Shown piece by piece: positions 53,141 through 63,177 of a stretch of DNA of 64,000 nt. Position 1 is the stretch's first letter. The number at the start of each line of letters is the position of its first letter. The stretch lies in contig CAVVMW010000015.1 of the NCBI GenBank assembly GCA_963749495.1, positions 416,001-480,000 on the forward strand, read 5' to 3'. Below the pieces are notes generated by a model. The model had not been told where the DNA came from. It did no database searches and saw nothing but the letters and a program-made list of their open reading frames with translations. The translations under genes were made by a program, and so were the position numbers. This DNA is from an uncultured bacterium (lineage in GTDB: Bacteria; Verrucomicrobiota; Verrucomicrobiia; Limisphaerales; UBA8199).

Positions 53141-53349
53141 GCTGACGCCCCTGGCGCACAGGCGCGCCGAGCGACTTTGTCAATGGCCCTGACCTTGCCG
53201 GAGCGCGGACATTCCTTTCTGCTGGGAGCGGCGGGTCCTCAAAAGCGCCAGGGATGAAATGCAACGGATAAAAGGGACGTAAGGGACGCCCGGGCTCCGA
53301 CGCGTCTCCAGCGCTGGCAATCCCCCCTCGGGGCGGCTATAATGTCGGC

Positions 53350-53934
53350 GTGCATTTGGCGCCTGAACCAGGTGAATCCAAGCGGGCGTTGCGGCGCCAG
53401 GTCGGGGCGGTGCTGGGCGCCATGACCCCGTCACAGCGGAGCGCGGCTTCGGCCCAGGCGCAGGCGCTGCTGAGAGCCCGAGTTGAGTGGCGCTCGGCGC
53501 GGTCGGTCCTGCTGTATGCACCGCTGCCCCAGGAACTGGACCTCTGGCCGATGGCGGCGGAGGCCTTGGCTGGAGGAAAGCAGGTGTTCCTGCCCCGGTT
53601 CTCTCCGGCAACCGGGACCTACTCCCCGTGCCGGGTCGCAGACCTGGCCTTGGACCTCAAGCCCGGGCATTTCGGCATCCGCGAGCCGGCGGAACACTGT
53701 GCGCTCTTTTTATTAAACGGGCTGGACTTGATCCTGGTGCCTGGGATAGCATTCGACCTGCATGGCCGCCGCCTTGGCCGGGGCAAAGGGTATTATGACC
53801 AAATGCTGGCGGGCCTGCGCGGGGTGACGTGCGGCGTGGCGTTCGATGAGCAGATCGTGGGCAACGTGCCCGTCGCGCCGCATGATGTACTGGTGAATCG
53901 CATCTTGACGCCGACGCGCTGGGTTGGGCTGTAA
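53350..53934 (+). CDS. ygfA: 5-formyltetrahydrofolate cyclo-ligase
   Basis: GHFGIREP, DLILVPGIAFD, RLGRGKGYYD, PHDV. Confidence 0.95.
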   Translation: MHLAPEPGESKRALRRQVGAVLGAMTPSQRSAASAQAQALLRARVEWRSARSVLLYAPLPQELDLWPMAAEALAGGKQVFLPRFSPATGTYSPCRVADLALDLKPGHFGIREPAEHCALFLLNGLDLILVPGIAFDLHGRRLGRGKGYYDQMLAGLRGVTCGVAFDEQIVGNVPVAPHDVLVNRILTPTRWVGL

Positions 53935-53951
53935 CAGCGCGCGGTCCTGGA

Positions 53952-55514
53952 ATGACGTCATTGGCCAATATCGTGCAAGACGGCGCCCTCGCGACCGGAG
54001 GGGCGGTGCTTTGCTACCTCCTGCTCTGGTGGAAAGACCGCAGTCTCGGGGAGGCCAGGCAACGAGAGGCCGAGGCCTTCATGGCCAAGGCCCGCAGCGA
54101 GGCGGAGGCCTTGGCCGGGGCCGCCCGTCTGGCGGGCAAACAGGAGGCCCTCAAGCTGCGCGAGCAGATCGAACAATCCTTCGCCAGCCTCCGCGCCGAG
54201 CGCATGGAACTGGAGCGCCGACTGGGCGAGCGCGAGGTCCTCATCAACTCCCAACTCGAACGTCTGGTCGAGACCGAAAAGGCCGTCAGCGGGCAGAAAG
54301 AGGCCCTGCGCGCGGGCGGCGAGGCCCTCGAACGCCAGGAGCGCGAGGTGGCCGAACTGGCCCGCCAGGCCCGCGAGCAACTCCAGAAGCTGGCGGGCTT
54401 GAGCCAGGCCGAGGCGCGCGAGGCCTTTCTCAGGAAAACCGAGCAGGAGGCCCTGCGGGATGCCAACACCCTGGCGCGCCATATCCTGGAGGAGGCCAAG
54501 GCCAAGGCCGAAGAGAAGGCACGCCGCATCATTAGCGTCGCCATCCAGCGCTACGCCGCCGAGCACACCTTCGAAAACACCACCGCCAGCATCGCCCTCC
54601 AGGGCGACGAGATCAAGGGACGCATCATCGGGCGCGAGGGCCGCAACATCCGGGCCTTCGAGGCCGCCACGGGCGTGACCGTGCTCATCGACGACACCCC
54701 CGGGGCGGTGCTGCTCTCCGGGTTCGACCCGGTCCGCCGCGAGATCGCCCGCGAGTCCATGCTGCGCCTCATCGCCGACGGCCGCATCCACCCGACCCGC
54801 ATCGAGGAAATCGTCGCCAAAGTGAGCCAGGAAATGGATGAAACCATCGTCCGGGTTGGCGAGGAGGCGGTGATGAAGGCGGGGCTGCCGCCCATGCACG
54901 TCGAGGTCGTCAAGCTGCTGGGCCGCCTCCATTTCCGCCACAGTTACTCGCAGAATATCCTGGCCCATTCCGTCGAGGTCGCCCACCTGGCCGGCCTTAT
55001 GGCCGCCGAGTTGGGCCTGGACGTCGCCATGGCCAAACGCGCCGGGCTGTTGCACGACATCGGCAAGGCCGTCAACCACGAGGTCGAGGGGCCCCACGCC
55101 CTGACCGGCGCCGAACTGCTCAAACGCTACGGCGAGTCCGATGGCGTCGTCAACGGCGTCGCCTCCCACCACAACGACGTGGCCCCCTCGGGTCCGCTCG
55201 GCATCCTTGTCAGCGCCGCTGACGCCATCAGCGCCTCCCGCCCGGGCGCCCGTTCGGAGAACATGACCACCTATCTCAAGCGCGTCGATGACCTCGAACG
55301 GATTGCCGCCTCGTTGCCGGGCGTCGAAAAGGCCTTCGCCGTCCAGGCCGGGCGCGAACTGCGGGTCTTTGTCCAGCCCGACCAGATCGACGACGAGGCC
55401 GCTTTTGCCCTGGCGCGCAGCGTGGCCTCGAGGATCGAAAACGAATTGCAGTACCCCGGGCAAATCAAGGTGACAGTCATCCGCGAGACCCGGTGTGTGG
55501 AAGTGGCCAAGTGA
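53952..55514 (+). CDS. rny: Ribonuclease Y
   Basis: TM helix, coiled coil, KH KGRIIGREGRNIR, HD LLHDIGK, AIS.SRPGAR. Confidence 0.98.
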   Translation: MTSLANIVQDGALATGGAVLCYLLLWWKDRSLGEARQREAEAFMAKARSEAEALAGAARLAGKQEALKLREQIEQSFASLRAERMELERRLGEREVLINSQLERLVETEKAVSGQKEALRAGGEALERQEREVAELARQAREQLQKLAGLSQAEAREAFLRKTEQEALRDANTLARHILEEAKAKAEEKARRIISVAIQRYAAEHTFENTTASIALQGDEIKGRIIGREGRNIRAFEAATGVTVLIDDTPGAVLLSGFDPVRREIARESMLRLIADGRIHPTRIEEIVAKVSQEMDETIVRVGEEAVMKAGLPPMHVEVVKLLGRLHFRHSYSQNILAHSVEVAHLAGLMAAELGLDVAMAKRAGLLHDIGKAVNHEVEGPHALTGAELLKRYGESDGVVNGVASHHNDVAPSGPLGILVSAADAISASRPGARSENMTTYLKRVDDLERIAASLPGVEKAFAVQAGRELRVFVQPDQIDDEAAFALARSVASRIENELQYPGQIKVTVIRETRCVEVAK

Positions 55515-55567
55515 GAGGCCCCCGCGCGGTGATCGGTCAGTGCAGGCGGAGACGGAGTGGCGGCCAG

Positions 55568-55714
55568 ACCCCTCACCCCGGCCCTCTCCCCTCCGAGGGG
55601 AGAGGGAGAGGCATCGGCGGTCTCGGGAGCTTCCAGGCGGCTGCGCTTCCTCAAAGCGCCACCGAGAACTCTCCCTCTCCCCTTCCGAAGGGGAGAGGGC
55701 CGGGGTGAGGGGTC
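55568..55714. repeat. REP-like inverted pair CCCCTCACCCCGGCCCTCTCCC
   Basis: Two hairpins in inverted orientation between convergent genes. Confidence 0.85.
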
Positions 55715-55727
55715 TGCCCCGGTGCGC

Positions 55728-55901
55728 CTACCTTCCTTCGCGCATCGAGCTGGGCATCCCGTTTTCCCAGCTCTGAGGGGAGTTCCAGGGCCGCTCGGAG
55801 CGGTTTTCCGAATCGGTGGTAGCGCATCCGGCCAGGGCCAGGACACTCAGGCAGAGCAGCAGGAAAAAGAGCGCGCGGGGTTGGGCTGAGAGGGCTTTCA
55901 T
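55728..55901 (-). CDS. Small lipoprotein
   Basis: Signal peptide with lipobox LAGC; ATGA overlap with the upstream gene. Confidence 0.7.
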   Translation of the reverse strand: MKALSAQPRALFFLLLCLSVLALAGCATTDSENRSERPWNSPQSWENGMPSSMREGR

Positions 55902-56671
55902 TGCTCGGGATAGGCAGGGATGGCCAGGTCGCCCTCCATCACTTCTCCGATTTCCCAACCGGGCATGATGTTGGCGACGCTGCGATTCTTCTCGAGGCTG
56001 CGGATGATGACCTTGGCGACGAGTTTGCCGTTCCGGTTGACCAGCATCTCCCCGAATTCCTTGGCGCGCTGGTCTTCGCCGATGTTGAGGACGACGAAAT
56101 TGTACTTGGGATCGACCACCATCACCTTGCCCGTGAGGTTGGCCGGCAGGGTCACGTGCCGCTCCGGGTGGAGGAAGCGCTCGAGTTGGCTGGTGACCGT
56201 GTCGAGCTTCTGGGCCAGGAACTTGTTCTCCGCCTGGGCGCCGGCGAGGGTCTTTTGGGCGCCCTTCAAGTTCTCGTTGAGGGTGTTGACCTCCTTGGGG
56301 GTGAGTCCGATGGCTTCGAATTGGGCCAGCTTTTCGCGGGCAGCGTTGCGATCCGCGGTGGTCGTATCCAGGTCCTTCTGGAGCCTCTCGGCCAGCTTGG
56401 TCTGCTCGTCGGCCTTCTTGACCGCCTCGTCGCGCTCGGTGCTCGCCTGCTCCAGGTTCGCCTTGGTCTGGGCCAACTCAGTCTGGGTCTTCTTGAGGTC
56501 CGCGGCGGTCCTCCGGTAGAGCCCCTCGAATTTCGTGTGCGCCTTGGTCTCGGTATCGAGATTGGTTTGGAGAGTGGTGACCTTCTCCTTCAAACCTCCA
56601 GGAATCCAGGCAACGATGCCGATGGCCAGCCCCGCAATGATGGCCACGATTAAGCTGATTCGAATCAACAT
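55898..56671 (-). CDS. Membrane-anchored coiled-coil hypothetical protein
   Basis: N-terminal TM, long heptad region, C-terminal beta domain GKVMVVDPKYNFVVLNIG. Confidence 0.85.
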   Translation of the reverse strand: MLIRISLIVAIIAGLAIGIVAWIPGGLKEKVTTLQTNLDTETKAHTKFEGLYRRTAADLKKTQTELAQTKANLEQASTERDEAVKKADEQTKLAERLQKDLDTTTADRNAAREKLAQFEAIGLTPKEVNTLNENLKGAQKTLAGAQAENKFLAQKLDTVTSQLERFLHPERHVTLPANLTGKVMVVDPKYNFVVLNIGEDQRAKEFGEMLVNRNGKLVAKVIIRSLEKNRSVANIMPGWEIGEVMEGDLAIPAYPEQ

Positions 56672-56761
56672 GGTCTCGAAACGTGTTTCAACACTGTCGG
56701 GGATTCAAACTACTCACTGCCGCAACCGGTGTCAACGCTATTAGGGGACAAAAACGAGAGC

Positions 56762-57397
56762 TTATTTCTTCTTGTCGGCCTTCTTGTCGGTCTGCTTTTC
56801 CGGGGCTTTGACGGTCGGAGCCGGTGCAGCGGCGTTGAGTTGGTCCAGGATGGCCTGAGTGATGTCGTTTTCGGCGGTGTGATAGAGGACGATGGGGACG
56901 AGGCTGTTGGCGCTGACGCCGGCGACGTCCAGGACCAGGGAGTAGCCAGCGGCCTTGGCCTTGGCCTCCAGCACGGCGCGGATCTCCTCGATAACCTTGT
57001 CATGGACGCGTTGCTTTTGGTCCGCGTAGCGGGTTTGGGCTGAGCGCTCATATTCGGTGAGAGCGTCTTCGGATCGCTTGAGCAACTTGAGTTTGTCCTC
57101 GGCCAGTTTCTTGCGGCGCTCCCGTTCCTCGCTGGAGAATTTCTGGTCGTTGGCGCTGCCCAGGGCGTCCTGGTATTCGTCCTTGAGCTTCTTCCATTCA
57201 TTGACCATCGAGGTGTGCTCTTTCTCCAGGTCGGCCGCTTGGCCATCCAGGGCCGCTTTGGCCTCTATCGTCTTGTAATAACCATCAAAGAGCGCCTTCA
57301 TGTCCACGGTGGCGATGCGGCCCTGGGCCCAGGCCGAGGCGCTCAGAAGCACCGCCAACAACAAACCCGTTGCCACTTTGCTCAAGAGAGTTCTCAT
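56762..57397 (-). CDS. skp: OmpH/Skp periplasmic chaperone
   Basis: Signal peptide, RIATVDM, coiled coil, YSLVLD...DITQAIL. Confidence 0.9.
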   Translation of the reverse strand: MRTLLSKVATGLLLAVLLSASAWAQGRIATVDMKALFDGYYKTIEAKAALDGQAADLEKEHTSMVNEWKKLKDEYQDALGSANDQKFSSEERERRKKLAEDKLKLLKRSEDALTEYERSAQTRYADQKQRVHDKVIEEIRAVLEAKAKAAGYSLVLDVAGVSANSLVPIVLYHTAENDITQAILDQLNAAAPAPTVKAPEKQTDKKADKKK

Positions 57398-57516
57398 GGC
57401 CCTAGGAAAACAGAATCCGGCGCCCGCGCCAACTCAAAATTCACAATTCACGCCAGTCTTCGGATTGAACGCAATTCCTGGTTTTCATGTCCATCGCACA
57501 GTAATATTGCTGAATC

Positions 57517-58506
57517 ATGAATACGGGATTGAGCGGCCTTAACCAGGCGGTCCAGGAGGCTGGGGCGTTTGTGCGCCCGCTCTTCAATGAATTGGGCAAG
57601 GTCATTGTCGGCCAGACCTACCTGGTCGAGCGGTTGGTCATCGGTTTGCTGGCCAACGGCCACGTGCTGCTGGAGGGCGTGCCGGGCCTGGCCAAGACGC
57701 TCTCGGTCAAATCGCTGGCCAACTGCCTCAACGTGAAATTCGCCCGGCTGCAATTCACGCCCGACATGCTCCCGGCCGACGTGGTGGGGACGCAAATCTA
57801 CAACCCGCAGTCCGGGGCATTCACGACGCGCCGCGGCCCGATCTTCGCCAACCTGGTGCTGGCGGACGAAATCAACCGCGCCCCGGCCAAGGTGCAAAGC
57901 GCCCTGCTGGAGGCCATGCAGGAGAAACAGGTCACCATCGGCGAGCACACCTTCGTGCTGGAGGAGCCGTTCCTGGTGCTGGCCACTCAGAACCCCATCG
58001 AGCAGGAGGGCACCTACCCGCTGCCCGAGGCGCAGGTCGATCGCTTCATGCTCAAGCTCAAGATCGGTTACCCCTCCCGCGCCGAGGAGCGGCAGATCCT
58101 GGACCTGATGGCCCGCACCACCGGCACTCCCACCACCGGCCCCGTGGTCGAGCCCAAGCAGATCCTCAACGCCCGCCAGGTCATCAACGACATTTACGTG
58201 GACGACAAGGTCAAGGAATACATCGTGGACCTGGTCTGCGCAACGCGCGACCCCGAGGCGTACAAGATCCAGGTCAAGGACTTCATCCAACTGGGCGCCT
58301 CGCCCCGCGCCACCATCGCCCTGACCCTGTCGGCCAAGGCCTATGCCTTCCTGCGCGGCCGCGGCTATGTCACCCCCCAGGACGTCAAAAGCATCGGCAT
58401 GGACGTCCTCCGCCACCGCGTCGCCATCACCTACGAGGCCGAGGCCGAAGAGAAAACCAGCGAGACGATCATCCAAAAGATCTTCGACGAATTACCCGTG
58501 CCCTGA
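57517..58506 (+). CDS. MoxR-family AAA+ ATPase
   Basis: LLEGVPGLAKT, QFTPDMLP, LADEINRAPAKVQSALLEAMQE, GASPRA. Confidence 0.97.
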   Translation: MNTGLSGLNQAVQEAGAFVRPLFNELGKVIVGQTYLVERLVIGLLANGHVLLEGVPGLAKTLSVKSLANCLNVKFARLQFTPDMLPADVVGTQIYNPQSGAFTTRRGPIFANLVLADEINRAPAKVQSALLEAMQEKQVTIGEHTFVLEEPFLVLATQNPIEQEGTYPLPEAQVDRFMLKLKIGYPSRAEERQILDLMARTTGTPTTGPVVEPKQILNARQVINDIYVDDKVKEYIVDLVCATRDPEAYKIQVKDFIQLGASPRATIALTLSAKAYAFLRGRGYVTPQDVKSIGMDVLRHRVAITYEAEAEEKTSETIIQKIFDELPVP

Positions 58507-58525
58507 GCGCGTCGGCGGGGCGCGT

Positions 58526-58707
58526 GTTGGAGACCCTCTATGACTTGGAGTACAGGCATTGCGAGCATGGACCGGACGGGCGCCGCCCGGCGCGATGCGT
58601 TTTGGACTGCGCCAGTCTTCTGGCGCTTTCGCGTCCCCAGGGTCCGAAAAGCGCCAGAGGACTGGCGCAGTCCAAAACCTTGCGGGTTGCGCGGCGGTTC
58701 ATGGAGG
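58526..58707 (+). mobile_element. Diverged third copy of the 192-bp element family
   Basis: GCATTGCGAGCATGGACC, TTTTGGACTGCGCCAGTC/GACTGGCGCAGTCCAAAA pair, GGTTCATGGAG. Confidence 0.65.
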
Positions 58708-58790
58708 AGTCAGACAAAGTGAAGTTCCATTCGTCATTCGTCATTCGTCATTGGCCATTCCGCACTCCGCGCTTTGCACTGCGCACTCCC

Positions 58791-59747
58791 ATGATCCCTC
58801 GTGAGATCCTCAAGAAGATCCGCCAGATCGAGATCCGCACCAACCGGCTGGTGAGCGAGACCTTGGCCGGCCAATACCATAGCGTCTTCAAGGGGCAGGG
58901 CATGAATTTCGACGAGGTCCGGGAGTATCAACCCGGGGACGAGGTCCGGACGATCGATTGGAACGTCACCGCCCGGATGAGCCATCCCTTCGTCAAGAAG
59001 TTCGTCGAGGAGCGCGAGTTGACGCTGATGCTGTTGGTGGACGTGAGCGGGTCGGGGCTGTTCGGCTCGCGCGAGCAGTCCAAGCGCGAACTGGCCGCCG
59101 AGATAGCCTCGGTGCTGGCCTTCTCCGCCATCCGCAACAACGACAAGGTCGGCCTGCTCCTGTTCAGCGATGGCGTCGAGAAGTTCATTCCTCCGCGCAA
59201 GGGGCGCCGGCACGTCCTGCGGGTGATCCGGGAAGTCCTCTTCTTCACGCCCAGACGCCGGGGGACCGACCTGAACGCGGCGCTGGAGTTCCTGATGCGG
59301 GTGACGCCGCACCGGGCCATCGCGGTCATCATCTCGGATTTCATCGGGTCGCCGGCGGTCGCCTCCCGCTCGAGCCCCGGCCGACTGCGGCCGCAAATGA
59401 TGCTCCTGGAGTCGCTGGCCCAGGCCTCGGTGAGCCTGCTGCGGCAGGCCAACCGCCGCCACGACGTGGTGGCGGTGCAGATCGCCGACCGCTACGAGCT
59501 GGAGCTGCCCGCCCTGGGCCGGTTGGTGCTCGATGACGCCGAGACCGGGGAGGTCGTCGAGGTGAACACCGGCGACCCGTCCAAGCGAGCCGCCTTCGCA
59601 CAGCGCCAGGCCCGCGCCCGGGCGGACCTGGTCCGGCTCTTCCGCTCCATGGGCATAGATGCCATCCAGTTGGAGACCGATCGCCCCTACGGCGTCGAGT
59701 TGGCCCGGTTCTTCGAGACGCGCGAAAAACGGAGGTTGCGCGGATGA
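58791..59747 (+). CDS. DUF58 domain protein
   Basis: GQGMNFDEVREYQPGDEVRTIDWNVTAR, VDVSGS, ISDF. Confidence 0.96.
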   Translation: MIPREILKKIRQIEIRTNRLVSETLAGQYHSVFKGQGMNFDEVREYQPGDEVRTIDWNVTARMSHPFVKKFVEERELTLMLLVDVSGSGLFGSREQSKRELAAEIASVLAFSAIRNNDKVGLLLFSDGVEKFIPPRKGRRHVLRVIREVLFFTPRRRGTDLNAALEFLMRVTPHRAIAVIISDFIGSPAVASRSSPGRLRPQMMLLESLAQASVSLLRQANRRHDVVAVQIADRYELELPALGRLVLDDAETGEVVEVNTGDPSKRAAFAQRQARARADLVRLFRSMGIDAIQLETDRPYGVELARFFETREKRRLRG

Positions 59748-60724
59748 AGAGTCCACAGTCCACAGTCCACAGTCCATCCACCCTCCGTAGCAGAGCTACT
59801 GCGGAGGACGGGCAGTCCACAGTCCGGAGATCAGATTTCAGGTCCCGCATTTCAAATTTCAAGGCCCGCAGTCCACAGTCACGGCTGGCGGCGGCTGCGG
59901 CGGCGCTGGGACCGGGGACAAATGAGTTGCGGGACATCAAACCGCCGGTCGAAATCCCCAGCGGCTGGGCGTGGGTCTGGTGGGCGTTGGCGGCGCTGGC
60001 CATCGCCGCGCTGCTATTCTGGGCCTGGCGCCGCTGGCAACGGCGGCGCGCGCAGGTCCCGCCCGTGCCGGTCATCCCGCCCCATGTCCGGGCCAAACTG
60101 AAACTCCTGGAGGCCCTGGCACTCATCGAGCGGCCCCTCGAGTTTTGCACCCTGGTTTCCGACACCATCAGGCTTTATCTGGAAGAACGCTTCGATTTCC
60201 ACGCGCCCGAGCGCACTACGGAGGAGTTCCTCTACGAACTGCAAGGGACGCGCCTGTTGACCGATGCGCAGAAGCAGAGCCTGGGGCAATTTCTCCAGCG
60301 CTGCGACCTGGTCAAGTTCGCCCGCTACGAGCCGGGCCAGCCCGAGTTGCGAGACCTGCACGCCGCCGCACTGCAGTTGGTCGAGGAGACCGAGCCCGTG
60401 GTCCAGCAACCCGGCCCCGGCGCAGGCGCAGACCCCATGGCGGGGGCTCCGCCGAAACGCCCTGAGGACCTCGGAAGCTCCATCGAAATACAGAGGCGCG
60501 AACAGCCCGGGCCGGTAGAGCCGGAGATCCGCAATGCGAAACAATCCTCATGCCGACCCGCCTGCGCCACGCGAGATGAACGTGCCAGGGACAAAAGCGA
60601 CCAAAGGGACAAAAGGGACGCAATGGCGTCGAGGCCCCGACAGCCCTGGAAATGCCTTCTTCGTCATTCGTCATTCGTCATTCGTCATTCCGCACTCTGC
60701 ACTCCGCACTCTGCACTTAGATGA
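59744..60724 (+). CDS. Bat-operon membrane protein (DUF4381-like) with repeat-derived N- and C-terminal extensions
   Basis: LRDIKPPV, TM helix, IRLYLEERF...ERTTEEF, CDLVKFA; ends are translated heptamer repeats. Confidence 0.8.
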   Translation: MKSPQSTVHSPSTLRSRATAEDGQSTVRRSDFRSRISNFKARSPQSRLAAAAAALGPGTNELRDIKPPVEIPSGWAWVWWALAALAIAALLFWAWRRWQRRRAQVPPVPVIPPHVRAKLKLLEALALIERPLEFCTLVSDTIRLYLEERFDFHAPERTTEEFLYELQGTRLLTDAQKQSLGQFLQRCDLVKFARYEPGQPELRDLHAAALQLVEETEPVVQQPGPGAGADPMAGAPPKRPEDLGSSIEIQRREQPGPVEPEIRNAKQSSCRPACATRDERARDKSDQRDKRDAMASRPRQPWKCLLRHSSFVIRHSALCTPHSALR

Positions 60725-61722
60725 CCTTCGCCCACCCATGGTTTCTGCTGCTGCTGCCGGTCCTGCCGGTGCTGGCGTGGCTCAAAGGCAAGCGGGGGCG
60801 CCCGCCGGCGTTCGTCTATTCCTCCGTGCAACTGGCGCGCGGGATTCTCAACGTGACCCAGAGCCGCTCCGGAGGTTTTCTGGCCGCCCTGCGGTGGCTC
60901 GTCCTGGCGCTGCTCATCATGGCCCTGGCCCAGCCGCGCCTGACCCGGAGCGAGACCCAAGTCAAGGCCAGCGGCGTGGACATCGTGGTCGCCCTGGACA
61001 TGTCCGCCAGCATGGCCTCCGAGGATTTCGAGGTCGGGCGCAACCGGCTGAGCCGGCTGGCAATGGCAAAAGAGGTTTTGAAGCAGTTCATCGGCAAACG
61101 GCCCAGCGACCGCATTGGCCTCGTGGTGTTTGCGACCCAGGCCTACATCGCCTCGCCCCTGACCCTGGACCATGATTTCCTGCTCGAGAACATCGAGCGC
61201 CTCGAATTGGGCGCCATCGACGACTCCTCGACCGCCATCGGCTCCGCCCTGAGCACCGCTATCAATCGCCTGCGCGAACTCAAGTCCAAGACCAAGCTTG
61301 TCATCCTCATGACCGACGGCCAGAATAACGCCGGCAAGATAGCCCCGCTCACCGCCGCCGAGGCCGCCAAAGCCCTCAAGGTCAAGGCCTATACCATCGG
61401 CGTCGGCATGCGCGGCATGGCCCCCATGCCCAAATTCGATCAATTCCACCGCAAACTCGGTTATCGGATGGAGCCGGTGGACATCGATGAAGACACCCTG
61501 CAACACATCGCCCACATGACCGGCGGAAAATACTACCGCGCCGACAACTCGCAAAGGTTCCAGGCCATTTACACCGAGATCGACCAGTTGGAAAAGACCG
61601 AGGCGGACATCAAGAAGTACGCGCATCACGACGAACTGTTTGCCTGGATGATCGCGCCCGGGTTGGGTCTGCTCTTGCTGGAGACCCTCCTGCGCCACAC
61701 CCTCTTCCGGAGGCTGCCGTGA
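60721..61722 (+). CDS. batA: VWA-domain protein, BatA-like
   Basis: MTFAHPWFL, LAQP, MIDAS DMSAS, DRIGLVVF, MTDG. Confidence 0.9.
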   Translation: MTFAHPWFLLLLPVLPVLAWLKGKRGRPPAFVYSSVQLARGILNVTQSRSGGFLAALRWLVLALLIMALAQPRLTRSETQVKASGVDIVVALDMSASMASEDFEVGRNRLSRLAMAKEVLKQFIGKRPSDRIGLVVFATQAYIASPLTLDHDFLLENIERLELGAIDDSSTAIGSALSTAINRLRELKSKTKLVILMTDGQNNAGKIAPLTAAEAAKALKVKAYTIGVGMRGMAPMPKFDQFHRKLGYRMEPVDIDEDTLQHIAHMTGGKYYRADNSQRFQAIYTEIDQLEKTEADIKKYAHHDELFAWMIAPGLGLLLLETLLRHTLFRRLP

Positions 61723-61727
61723 GGATT

Positions 61728-62017
61728 AGTCCACAGTCCAGAGTCCACAGCCCGGACCAGTCCACAGTCCAGAGTCCACAGTCCACAGTCCAAAGTCCCG
61801 AAGTCAGATTTCAGATCCGAGGTTGCAAATTCCAGATTCAAGAGAACGCACCCTGCATCGCTCATTCGTCATTCGTCATTCGTCATTCGTCATTCCGCAC
61901 TCCGCACTCCGCATTCCGCACTCGATTCATTCGTCATTCGTCATTCCGCACTCCGCACTCCGCATTCCGCACTCGATTCATTCGTCATTCCGCACTCCGA
62001 ACTCCCCACTCCGCACT
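61728..62017. repeat. Composite heptamer field (TCCACAG)n, (TCATTCG)n, (CCGCACT)n with a 51-bp higher-order unit
   Basis: Seen directly between batA and batB. Confidence 0.92.
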
Positions 62018-62020
62018 GAG

Positions 62021-63076
62021 ATGACCTTCGCCCACCCTCAGATCCTCTGGCTGCTGCTGGTGTTTCCGCCGGCGCTGCTTGGCTTTTTCTGGTGGTCTTG
62101 GCGCCGGCGCCAGGAGTTGAGGACTCGATTCATTCAGGGGCGCCTGTTGCCGGGGCTGATCGTCGGCTTCTCGGCCACGCGCCAGAAGGTCCGCCTGGGC
62201 TGCGTGGTCCTGGCCGTCGTGTGCCTGGTCCTGGCATTGGCCCGGCCGCAATGGGGCTACGACTGGATGGAGGCCAAGGTGCGTGGGTTGGACATCGTGG
62301 TGGCCATCGACACCTCCAAGAGCATGCTGGCCGAGGACATTGCGCCCAACCGGCTGGCACGGGCCAAGCTGGCCGCCCTGGACTTGATGCAGCGCGCCCG
62401 AACCGACCGCCTCGGCCTGGTCGCCTTCGCCGGCTCGGCCTTCCTCCAATGCCCGCTGACCATCGACGACTCCGCCTTCCGTCAGGGGGTCGAGTTGCTC
62501 AGCGTGAACACCATTCCCCAGGGCGGCACCGCCCTGGCCGAGGCGATCGATACCGCCTTGACCGCCTTCAAAGAGCAAGACAATTACAAGGTCCTGGTCC
62601 TGTTGAGCGACGGCGAAGACCATGATTCGGGCGCGGTCGAGGCCGCCAGGCGGGCGGCCGCCGCCGGCCTGCGCATCTACACCATCGGCATCGGCACCGC
62701 CGCAGGCGAAATCCTCCGCGTCAAGGACCCCAACGGCAACCTCGATTACATCCGCGATGAGCAGGGCAACGCCGTCAAATCGCGCTTGGACGAAAAGCTC
62801 TTGCAGGAAATCGCCGGCGCCACCGAAGGCGGCTTCTACCTGCCGCTGCGCGGAGCCAAGGTCATCGACACCCTTTACGACCAATGGCTGGCCAAATTGC
62901 CCAAGTCCGAACACCAGGAGAAGTTCGTCCGGCGCTACCACGAACGTTACCACTGGCCGCTGGCCCTGGCGCTTGCCCTGCTGCTGGTCGAAACCCTTCT
63001 CCCCGAACGCAAACGGCGCGCCGCAGCACAGGCCGCGGTCCAGCCGGCGGTCGGGGTTGAGGCGGTGAAACGTTAA
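62021..63076 (+). CDS. batB: VWA-domain protein, BatB-like
   Basis: MTFAHP, LARPQWG, DTSKSM, PNRL, LSDGEDH. Confidence 0.9.
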   Translation: MTFAHPQILWLLLVFPPALLGFFWWSWRRRQELRTRFIQGRLLPGLIVGFSATRQKVRLGCVVLAVVCLVLALARPQWGYDWMEAKVRGLDIVVAIDTSKSMLAEDIAPNRLARAKLAALDLMQRARTDRLGLVAFAGSAFLQCPLTIDDSAFRQGVELLSVNTIPQGGTALAEAIDTALTAFKEQDNYKVLVLLSDGEDHDSGAVEAARRAAAAGLRIYTIGIGTAAGEILRVKDPNGNLDYIRDEQGNAVKSRLDEKLLQEIAGATEGGFYLPLRGAKVIDTLYDQWLAKLPKSEHQEKFVRRYHERYHWPLALALALLLVETLLPERKRRAAAQAAVQPAVGVEAVKR

Positions 63077-63177
63077 AGCACATTAAGGCCGTGCAAGAAC
63101 ACGAATCGGAAGAATCCACAGGCAGATTGAAAACTGCAAAGTGCAAAGTGCAAAGTGCAAAGTGCGGCCGGAGGCCT

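Noticed and set aside
53141..53349. 6S RNA upstream of ygfA
   Set aside because: No long end-to-end hairpin recognised; a promoter lies directly before the ygfA start
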